From Octopus sinensis (taxonomy: Eukaryota): 64,000 nt of DNA. The position numbers and the translations under genes were made by a program. Shown piece after piece: positions 53,667 through 64,000 of the stretch (positions within the stretch are counted from its first letter, which is position 1; the number at the start of each line of letters is the position of its first letter). The notes under the pieces are model-generated. The model ran no database searches. It was not told the origin of the DNA and saw nothing but the letters and a program-made list of their open reading frames with translations. The stretch covers positions 77,934,001-77,998,000 of the forward strand of contig NC_043008.1 in NCBI RefSeq assembly GCF_006345805.1, in the 5' to 3' direction.

Positions 53667-53912
53667 CGGTAAAAAACATATGTTGCGTGCGTTACATAAT
53701 AATATTTTCAGGATTAATAAAAACAAAGAAACTACGTACCTGCCGTATATAATATATATATAATATATATATATATTATATAGTATATATATATATATAT
53801 ATATTATATATAATATATATGATATTGTATGTGTGTATGTGTGTGTGTGTGTGTGTGTGTGTCTGTGTAATTAAAAAAGCTTGTAGAAAATAAACTTAAG
53901 AGATTTTACTAA
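52855..53912. repeat. Two overlapping fold-backs (52855-53090/53188-53415 and 53375-53578/53662-53912)
   Basis: Mirror motifs such as AAGGCTTAGGGCCAC/GTGGCCCTAAGCCTT and TAATCCTGAAAATATTATT/AATATTTTCAGGATTA. Confidence 0.8.
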
Positions 53913-54249
53913 TGTGTGTGTATGTATGTATGTATGTATGTATGTATGTATGTATGTATGTATGTATGTATACATGAGCAAAAACATTCGAGTGTTTACA
54001 CTCGAAGTAAAATGTTACTGTTGTTAATATCTGCAGTGAATATTCTTAATTGATAATATTAATATCAGTAACATAGGTGATTCAACAGGCCTATTAGCAT
54101 TATTTAGCTATAAAATTTAAAGTTAGCCCAAGGCATGAGGATGCGGAGAGAGCATCGACCTGTTTAGAAATAGCAGCTAAATTCCTAATACAACCACAGG
54201 AAGTCATCCTCATGCCTTGTACTAACTTTAAATATGATATATACATACA

Positions 54250-54311
<62 letters not shown>

Positions 54312-54320
54312 CGTATTATA

Positions 54321-54356
<36 letters not shown>

Positions 54357-54358
<2 letters not shown>

Positions 54359-54714
54359 TACGGAGATGTACTCGCATAGCAAGTGATTTGATCTGAGATC
54401 GTGTGCTGAAACGAAAACATTGCTGCGTGGAAGGTGTTTATAAGCCATTTAAGAAACACAAAAGCCGTTCGATTCACTTCAACATTTATTTAATTTGTCA
54501 AAATATTTTCGTCGCTAAAATCCGCGACCTGTTCACTGACAAAAATCCGTGCTGCATCTGAGAAAGTAACAGTTAGTTCGTCATATATATGTGAACAGGT
54601 CGCGGATTTTAGCGACGAAAATATTTTGACAAATTAAACTTAAATGTTGAAGTGAGTCGAACGGCTTTTGTGTGTTTCTTAAATGGCTTATAAACACCTT
54701 CCACGCTGCAATTG

Positions 54715-54716
<2 letters not shown>
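54357..54716. mobile_element. Inverted pair of the 28018-family repeat (full minus copy 54357-54588; truncated plus copy 54591-54716)
   Basis: Direct sequence match to 28018-28250. Confidence 0.75.
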
Positions 54717-54751
<35 letters not shown>

Positions 54752-54789
54752 GACAATATAAGATATACACGCGCAGACATATATATTCA

Positions 54790-55400
54790 TATACATACAT
54801 ATATGCATACATACATGGAATACGCACACAAACAACAGCTCAAGGAACTCTGGTGGAATATTCCAACAAAACATCTCGGAAGTGTAAGGAAAACCGGCCG
54901 GATATTGTATTGGATAGAAAAGACAAAAGTATTTACCGTGATAGTGGTAAACTGTACTACTGATGTGAATATCTCTTTGAAAATCAAAGTGAAGGTGGAT
55001 AACTATGGATAACTGCTTCGAAACTTCCAGCTTCACTATCAAGATTACCAATTTACATTTATACCAATAATTGGTGCACTTGGTTTCGTGAGTAAAATCT
55101 GACAGTCTGCATAAGCTTGGGCTTTCAGAAAAAGAAATCAACCAACTGATTCGCATTACAAATACAATCTGTAAGTGGAGCAATAAAAATACGCAAAACT
55201 TTTGAAATGTGGCATTGTCTTCGTTATCTACATTAGAATGACGGAGCTTTGTATCTTTGTCAGAAACCAGCTCCTTCCTCATAACAGAAATGTCTATGAC
55301 TACATAGCGCGTCTGTTTATTTTGTGGCAAAAGAAACAACCTAATCTTTTCATAACAAACCTTATGTATATATCAGTGGTAATGAAAAGATTAGCCATCT
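54790..55400 (+). mobile_element. RLE-type non-LTR retrotransposon 3' fragment, decayed
   Basis: WWNIP...VFTVIVVNCTTDVNISLKIKVKVDNYG..LLRN...FTFIPIIGALG resembles the PD-(D/E)xK RLE C-terminus. Confidence 0.6.
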
Positions 55401-57568
55401 GAGTTCTTAAAAGTTGGTCTGATATGCACTCGGTAGTTCTTCTGTGAGCTTGGCCGTCTCTCTGCTCCATGAATATTTAATTGACGAGCCGATCTCTGTT
55501 CCGTATAGTGATATCTGGGAAGTTTAGGAAGGCTGTATCTAAAGTGATGGTTCTATAGCTGGTCTGTTGTCCATTGCTCCTATATAAAACTGTCTACTCT
55601 CTAACGGCTAGTATGATTGGAGCAGTTACCATTACTACAACGATTGTCACTTGCAGTGTGACTACTGATACATTGTTGTATCGTCATGCACACTATGATC
55701 CGGTATTGCTCTCACGAACTGTATTGACTGACCCTACAACTTTGGGTCAGGCTGCATGCCCTTTAACCAAAACCAATATTTGTATTCGTAGGCTCTTTAA
55801 CAACTAGTTTCCTTATAATCAACATTCGTTAATACAACAGCGGTTTAAATCGATGATAAGCCTGAATGTTGATGATTATGGCACATCTGTTAACGAAGAA
55901 TGTCCTCTACGCGTTTACTCTGTAAAACGGCATGTTTATGATGGTAGTACGTTTGGATGAACAACTAAATTAGTTTGCGAAGTTTACTCATATACCGTTG
56001 ACATTAAATATATTGCATTTATTTTATTAAAAATATATTGGATCCTGAAAGTTTTGAGTCAACGCTAAGCATCCAGTGGTTCCCCAGAAGAGTACTGTGA
56101 TGATAAAATATTTAGCGTTGGTCCCTGAAAAGGTGGGACCTTTCAGCCTATGCTTTTGTTAACTATGTTAATCTGCCACTTCCTACACATCGTGTACACA
56201 CAACTATATATATTTCTCATACAAAACAGATGTCACGTAGAATTGACAAAGTTGAATTGACTAAGTTTAACAATTCTCAAGTTTAAACTTATAAAAACAT
56301 CAAACTTATCAATCTTCAACCACATGATAAAATATAATGAAACTTAAAACGATACTAAACGGTAATTAGCAATACCTCCTAGCTTATATTACTTTGTTTA
56401 AAAGGTAAAGAAACATGAGCTAAAAGAAAAATCAATTTATTAACACATTGCCCGACCAACTTTGGGTATAAGGCAATAAACTCATATTTTTCGTACTTGT
56501 TAAAACCACTTCCAAGCACTATCATCCTGTGCGCGCTCGTAAATATATTTGCTCACATCTTGTAGTCCTTTAACAACGCAGGCACTTAATGCACTTCTAT
56601 GAAGGTTCATATCACTTACTTTAAACCTGTAATGGAGAAAATGATGTTCAGTTAATTGTGTTTAAAAACAACGAATTACAACAAACTTTCCAGTATTATT
56701 CTTGTATTTATAGTTTCTTAGCTGCTACCAATTATGTAAATGGGGTTACCATTGAAGCCTATGTTGTTTAGCCTCAAGTCTGCTCTGATTGAGCAGTCAT
56801 GTGAACAAAACATTCTAATCATATCCACCCCATCTTTGTCTCACACACTGTATATCGAGGAATATATTATCCAATAAAACCCTCTCTTTTCAAGGAATTA
56901 GGGTGAAATTTAATGGAAATTTCACTGTTATTTCTAGTGGTTCGAGCCATCACGAATAGACTGCACCATTGGCTTTAAGGTACTTGTTGACAACATCTAG
57001 TCAACCTATTTCCAATTCTATTTCCATCTTCTACACATCCATATCTCTGCACATTGAATTGAGAGCTAAGCTTACATCTCATGTATATTTCTGTGTTTTA
57101 TACTGGTTATAATCCTTTGCTTCAGTCACGAAATTGAGTGAACCCTTAACTTAGCTTAGTGTTGGCTCACGTGCTCTCTAAGTACACAAACACAGCCAGC
57201 GACTTGCAAGTTTTAAAAGAGAAAATTACCTAGGTCAAATGTCATTAATGTCGGAAAACTAAAGATGGCAATAGACCCAACACCTTTCATCACATGAGAA
57301 GAAGAAAACATACAAATTAAATTTATTTTCCTTAAATACAATACAAAGATACTTGCATCTCATTTTGAATTTCAAAAATTGAAATAAAACCAATTCATAA
57401 TAGAGAGGCCATTACAAGGGAGGAATGTTGGGTCACTTATTTCTACCGGTATATGACAGTAATAACTAATAATGATATACAAACATTATGTGGTCACTTA
57501 ATGCACTTCTGTGAAGGTTCATATAATAATAACACATTCACATTCATATAGTAAATAAAATACATATA

Positions 57569-57742
57569 CGAGGGGTGCTGAAAAGTTCCTAGCTTTAGGG
57601 TGTCGCGAAAGATCTGTCTAGAGGCCCAAACTTCACAAAACGTTTGTGAATCTGAGAAGGGAATATGTTGAATAAAATCATTATTAACCGATCCTCTTGA
57701 ATTTTCTTTTACCCAAACTCAGGAACTTTTCACCACCCCACG
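57569..57742. mobile_element. Mariner-derived MITE (174 bp)
   Basis: TIRs CG(A/T)GGGGTG(C/G)TGAAAAGTTCCT on both ends; TA on both sides. Confidence 0.75.
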
Positions 57743-57764
57743 TATATATACACATGATGGCTGC

Positions 57765-58050
57765 CCCCTCGTTATCGAGTATGGCCATTGCACGAAGCTT
57801 AACAAAATTCCGTTATTGGTGCTGTGACTTATTAGCCCGGCTAAAGATGTACAATGTCTTGTACAGAATTGGCAGCTAAAACCTTTACCGGTAATAGCCG
57901 GCTGTAGTTGTAACTGGGCTTCATGTACACTCTCTTCCACATGCCTGATAGATATGATTAGTATGGTGTGTAACACCACCACCATTGGCCAGGTTGTCAC
58001 TCATCTGTCTCGCTTTATTACTACGGAGATGATTCTTGAGTCCAGCTTTA
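57765..58050 (-). mobile_element. Probable RTE-clade LINE 3' end
   Basis: FSCQFCTRHCTSLAGLISH resembles the RTE C-terminal CxxC..GLxSH motif, followed by a short UTR. Confidence 0.5.
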
Positions 58051-58176
58051 CACATACATACACACATACATACATATACGTATGTATATATAGATATGTG
58101 TGTGCGTGTGTATCTATCTATCTATCTATCTATCTTCTATCTATCTATCTATCTCTATCTATCTATCATCTATCTA

Positions 58177-58228
<52 letters not shown>

Positions 58229-58269
58229 ATATATATTTGTGGAAGCAGCTTAGCTTAAAGGTAAGGTAG

Positions 58270-58730
58270 GTATGTGAGCTCGTGTCTTATGGCTGTCCAC
58301 GAACACTTTTTTCTGCAAAATAGGAGTAGTTTATCCTGTTCATGCTATATTATTAGTATTATCCTGCGTTGGAGAATTAAAAAAAATTACTTCTTTAACT
58401 TTCTCAGACATCTCAAAGCTTCTAAAGCAAACTTTGTTTACTTTTATCGAAATTTGAATTTTTATAACTAAATTTGAAACTTAAAAAGTAGGACCAGGTG
58501 TCTATTATCATGAGTTTCATCTATAAGAAGAATCATGTTTATATTCTTTAAGAAATATTGTTTAATTCTATTTGATTATTTATTAAAAATATTTATTTAT
58601 TTAACTATTATTGTTATTATTGTTGACCTGAGGTCTGACTATACTTTTAAATTGAATTGTTTGGGGATTAAATTTAAATTCAATTGTAATTCGAATTGAA
58701 GTTATAGCCACGAAACGTACGTAGTCTTTT
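58270..58730 (+). mobile_element. Decayed PLE 3' end with degenerate HHR (58625-58726)
   Basis: AVHEHF-like endonuclease remnant; gac-CTGAGG...tatagccac-GAAAC-GTAC-GTA-gtc. Confidence 0.4.
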
Positions 58731-59349
58731 TACTTATTATATAATGTTTATTCATTATTATGTACCTTTTGTGATCTAGATATATGTTTAATTTTTTTCC
58801 TATATATGGTTTATGTCTATCATTGTTTGAATTACATAATAGTGTTTTTTCTCTAATTTATATATATATATATATATATATTATTTATATTATTATATAA
58901 ATGGACGCCACGCATCCATTTCCAAGTAAATTTATCTTAATAATTTTGATGCGACTCTCTCACCCATTCGTTTTTCCCTCTCTTATTTAGAAAAAATAAA
59001 AAACGTTAGAGGATATAACGTCAAATATAGCCTATAGAAAGAGGAGAGGTAAAGGACATAAAAAAAGATCAGAAACCAAATAAATGAGAAGTATAGAACG
59101 ATATGTAAATTAAATAATGCCTGAAAGTCTTGGAAGAAGATGTATCTAGTGGAAGTGTAATGTAAGAAGAAAATCAATGTTTAAATTACATATAATGGTA
59201 GATATCACTTGTATGAACTAAAGATGTGTTTCTGCTAATTTTTACATAGGTAAGCACGCTCTGTAACCGTGTTTGCAAGGGGGTTTTTAGAAAAAGAATA
59301 AAAAATAGTTCACATTTACAGAGAAGACAGAATTTTTTGCCTTTATCAT

Positions 59350-60487
59350 AAGGGAACGAAATGGAGAGAATCAACCAATATAAATTATATTGTTCATTAT
59401 GGTCTCTTAGATAGAAATTAATTTACATTTATTGTAAATTGTAGAGTAATGATTAGAAATTCTTTAGATAACTGAGAATAAGAACTACCTATATAAAAAA
59501 GGACATCTGTACCTGAAGTAATTTTACACTGGTATATAGAGTTTTCAATTTCAGAATTACTTGACTTAGACTTAATTTTGTTGGAATTGACTTCAGAGAC
59601 AATAACATTTCTAGGGGGGTGGATGGTATTAGCTAAATTAATGTTAGTATTAGTACATGTATTCTTATTTAACAGACTAATATTATGTAAGGAGATAATT
59701 TGTAAGAGAATTTTTGTGTTGGAAAAACCAATCCTAACCGTGTGCGAGTTGATAATAGAGTAATACCAAGAATTCTTTGGAAAATTCCTAATAATAGCTT
59801 CCCAAAACTGTAAAGGAAAATTATATTTAATTTGCCTCCCATAAGAAATAATCAACCAAATAGTTTTATTATTAGTTGCCTTATTTTTAGTGTAACTATC
59901 TTTAAAAGACATCGATTTACCTTTAGAATGAAAAAGGGGGTTACATAAGGGTTATCTCTCTTCCTGTTTAGTGTTGGCGTATAAATTAAAATTGATATCG
60001 TTTATATCCTTACAATTAGAATTCATGTCCCCATTAGTAAAGGTAGAATAAGATTGAATGGAATTAATGTAGGTAACTTTATCGTATAACCTGCTTTAAG
60101 AAAGGCAGAGTTAAAAAATTCAGCCTTATCATTGAAAATGTCAACGTTAGCAGATAACTTAGAAAATCTAAATAAAATATTCTTAATTAAGTTCTTAGTG
60201 ATTGCCCTAGAATGATTACTGAATTGGCTAATATACTTAAGATTGGTCGATGGTTTGTGGTATGGGAAGTACGAATTATTATGTAAGTTAAGTGTAATAT
60301 CTAAAAAGTTGGCTTTCGTTACATCATCAAAAACGATGCTTAAGCCCATTCTACGGAAAAATTCGACTAAACTATTCTAAACTTTTTGTACTTTTTAGTT
60401 AGAAGCATTTTGAAGGTAGAGTGAACAATCATCACGATATAGACCTCCATTGATTCTTGGGAACTGGTCTTCCATTTTAATAAAGTA

Positions 60488-60576
<89 letters not shown>

Positions 60577-60590
60577 CTCTCTCTCTCTCT

Positions 60591-60643
<53 letters not shown>

Positions 60644-61150
60644 CTAACTCAGCTACTTCTGCTGAATCTGAACTTCCCATCGTAACATCAAAACCATCGG
60701 GTGTATCTTTACGGACCCACAGCTTGATGTCAAATTTTATGATAGATTTCCTCCCAGGAGAGACCAGCTTTGTTATGAGCAAAGTACCTTATTAAATACT
60801 ATTGGGTTGATAGAGGAATAAAAACTAGAAATGTCAAACTAGATAAAATTAGTGCTCCTCTTATGAGTAATAGAACTAAACCAGTCGACGACTTGGAATG
60901 AATTACACCATAAGGTAGGAATATGTTTATCTAGAACATTTTTACTAAGTACACCGATGTCAGAGCTAGAAGGACAGAGAAGCCTTAAGGATATTCTGTT
61001 AAATTGTCTGATTGACGAGCTTTATTTCTTCATTTCCCTGAAGAGAAGATTAACTTGTTTTACACCATTTTATTCCTTTGGAATAACACCAATGATATCT
61101 TCGATACATGTGTCGGAATTAAAAGAATTTGAATAACAACTGCGCTTAAC
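59350..61150 (-). mobile_element. Decayed PLE of the GLYRDD/FDVTMGS type, RT + endonuclease start, interrupted by a compound microsatellite (60485-60640)
   Basis: FDISSFY, FDVTMGSSDSAEVAELV, GGLYRDD, NFLDITLNL, YHKP..LKYI..FSNH, IYQCKI..FYIG motifs. Hydra-clade affinity is inference. Confidence 0.8.
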
Positions 61151-61267
61151 TCTATTTATTTATTTATATATAAGGAATATATATATATATATGATGGATA
61201 TATATGTGTGTGAATGTGTGTGTGTGTGCGTAGAAGGTTGAAAAGAAACACACGAGTTGATATGTAT

Positions 61268-62550
61268 AAGGAAAATAAAACAAGGTACAACATGGTAAAG
61301 TAATTTTATCATGAAGAACATTTTAGTACAGTGTTTGCGAATTTTTGAACTTTTTGAGTAAAGCATGAAAACCAACTAAGTTTTGGAAAAATTAAATGAA
61401 ATGTTTTTTAAAATTATTTTCATAGTTTTCAAATGCAAAGGGAATTTTCCTTTCTTCTGTGTCCCTGTCTCTCTTTTTTATTCTTGTGGGTTCTAGGTAG
61501 TTAGCAGCAGCTAGTTTTGTATGAATTCTTGTCTTTGTTTGTTTAAATAGCAGTAGTAGAGAAAAGAGGCAGCGAAGAAGAAGAAGAAGAAGAAGAAGAA
61601 GAAGAAGAAGAAGAAGAAGAAGAAGAAGAAGAAGAAGAAGAAGAAGAAGAAGAAGAAGAAGAAGAAGAAGAAGAAGAAGAAGAAAAATGCGGGAGTGGTA
61701 TGACAGTAAGAGGATGTTGGTGGAATCCTCTAAAATGGTCAAGTGACTTAAAATTGATGCGTTGTTGTTGGAATAGTAGTGGTTGGAAAGGTTCTGAATA
61801 AATTTATGTGAAGTGACAGTTTTGAATATATCGCTTTTAATATTTGCGTGGGTGTTATTCTAAGGCCCTGGTGATAGTGTCATTTGTGGTGGATGCATTC
61901 AAATGGTGTTTATATTTTGTGATAAAGAATGACTAATGCGCTGACTACAGGTTGTATTGTAACCTGTAGTCAGCACATTAGTAAAGAGTCATTCTTTATC
62001 ACAATATATAAACCCTCTATTTCCAGGTCTTTAGAATAACACCCACGCGAATATTGAAAACAATATATTCAAAACAGTCACTTCACATAAATTTATTCAG
62101 AACAATTCCAGTCACTACTATTACTACCACAACGTACCAATTTTAGTTCACTTGACCATTGAAGAGGATTCCACCAACATCCTCTTACTGTCATACCACT
62201 TCCGCATTTTTTAATTCTTTCTCTTCTTCTTTGCCGCCTCCTTCCTCTACTACTACTGCTACTTAAACAATCAAAGACAAGAATTCATACCAAACTAGCT
62301 GCTGCTAACTACCTGGAACCCACAAATGTAAAAAAGAGAGCCAGAGACAGACAGAAAAAAGGAAAATGTCCCTTGCATTTGAAAACTATGGAGATATTTT
62401 TTAAAAACATTTCATTTAAATTTTCCACAATTTAATTGTTTTTCTTGATTTACTCTAAGTTGGAAAAGTCGCAAAGGCTGAAACCGGTGCTAAAATGTTC
62501 TTCATGATAAAATTATTTTAGCATTTTCTACCTTGTCTTATTTTCCTTAT
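61268..62550. repeat. Large diverged fold-back centred ~61957, with (GAA)n expansion (61574-61684) on the left arm only
   Basis: GCTGACTACAGGTT-gtattgt-AACCTGTAGTCAGC centre; mirrored blocks across ~600 bp. Confidence 0.85.
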
Positions 62551-62600
62551 TAGAATATGTATATATATATATATTGGATACATATACATATAATGGATAT

Positions 62601-62690
<90 letters not shown>

Positions 62691-62694
62691 GTAT

Positions 62695-63046
62695 ATATAA
62701 AATATGAATTAGAGATAAAACCACTATGATGCAACTCAAACAGTGATAGACATAAACCAATACATAAATGACAAATAATATATATAATTAATATTATATA
62801 ATATATAATATATATATATATAAATGTTTTTTTCAAAAAGTATAAAATGTATGATAAATATAATATAAGTACTTATTATATTATATTTATCATTCATTTT
62901 ATACTTTTTGAAAAAAAAAAAATATATATATATTGTATATTTTATTATATCAATTATATATATTATTTGTTATTTATGTATTGGTTTATGCTTATCACTG
63001 TTTGAGTTGCATCATTGTGGTTTTATCTCTAATTCATATTTTATAT
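62695..63046. repeat. Near-perfect palindrome, centre 62870/62871
   Basis: AATATGAATTAGAGATAAAACCAC...AAGT|ACTT...GTGGTTTTATCTCTAATTCATATT. Confidence 0.9.
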
Positions 63047-63121
63047 TTTATATATTTATACTGTGAAATTTGATTTAATACTAATTTGAATTTTTCCCTG
63101 TAAGTTTGAAGTTATACTCCC

Positions 63122-63173
<52 letters not shown>

Positions 63174-63519
63174 ATGGATATCCGACCCTCCAGAAGCAAC
63201 TGTTGGACTCATCACCTTATTTCTCCTCCTTTAAGGTACTCTGCCGTTTGTAGCCTGCTGTAGTTTAGTTTGAGGATATATAAAAATGCATATATTTATA
63301 ATTCTCTGTCTAGGACGTTCACTTTAATGAATTCCATGTGGAATTATCAAAAGAGTGTATTATCAAAACACCATGATGAATGGAAATATACACATCTTTA
63401 AAATTTATTCAATGAAGATCATTTTCTTCATATTACACTCCGAAAATGCTTCTGATACAAGTTTTGTACATTTAATCGATTTAGATGTTTTGAAAATAAC
63501 TTGCACATGCAAGTGCTAC

Positions 63520-64000
63520 TCGTCGAAGACTCCGCATACTGGAAGCCAGCAAGTGTATGGGGTTATCAGGAGAAAATGCGCGCCGTTTCGGGACCTACCT
63601 CTTGACGGCATCAATGCTTACTGCCCACCCCCATCACTAATATGAGCCCCCCGCTTGCTAGATCAACTAATTATCAAATAAAGCTCAATATTCTTCTAGG
63701 CATCGCTCATGGTCTATTTTTAACCAAATCCAGTGTCTAGCCCTTTCCACTATAGTTTGGATAACGGTCATGATGGTATTTACTTTACGATGAGTAAGGC
63801 CTAACGATAACAACTATTGTCTTACACCGTGTCCAACAAACCGACTTCGATTGGAAAATGCTTCGCTTTCCAGCCTGCGTCTTCACATTCCTCGAAGAGG
63901 TTTACATGACGGTCAATCTTTCGAGCCCGAGCGGCATCCATGTTATCTTCATGAGGAACCGTTAACTCGACTAGATTCACAACTTTCTTTCTTTCACACC
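63520..64000 (-). mobile_element. HERO-like (R2-group, RLE) non-LTR retrotransposon 3' end, continuing beyond the right edge
   Basis: Hand translation of minus strand: KVVNLVELTVPHEDNMDAARARK...ECEDAGWKAKHFPIEVG...VERARHWIWLK, matching the ELTVPWE..ERK..Y...GW...PIEVG...ASRWLW pattern. Confidence 0.7.

Noticed and set aside
55400-56100. Possible solo LTR (TATA-like TATATAAAA)
   Set aside because: No TG..CA termini, TSD, PBS or second copy could be identified.

Overview
AT-rich, microsatellite-dense animal genomic DNA. The repeat families and a decayed mitochondrial nad4 fragment suggest a cephalopod, most likely Octopus (inference). The only host gene is a KLHL10-like BTB-BACK-Kelch gene on the minus strand. 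It has four well-supported coding exons plus one inferred short first exon between 12580 and 91, and its last exon lies beyond the left edge. A perfect CRE palindrome sits just upstream of the inferred start. The remaining ~51 kb is transposon-derived: CR1-type LINEs (one with an uninterrupted ~950-codon EN+RT frame), several Penelope-like elements (PLEs), RLE-type non-LTR elements (R4/Dong-like, HERO-like), an RTE tail, tRNA-SINEs, a near-complete mariner, a decayed maT element, a MITE and non-autonomous Helitrons. The unannotated signal is a dense set of type I minimal hammerhead ribozyme (HHR) motifs, about 10 clear or degenerate, usually with palindromic helix III. Two sit in ~450-465 bp non-coding units arranged as partial tandem plus inverted copy (retrozyme/pLTR-like). 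One repeat family carries a hammerhead-like fold whose core has the compensatory G3:C8 swap (GUGAACA instead of CUGANGA). Many fold-back duplications also occur. All alignments, folds and identities were judged by eye; no database search or computation was run.
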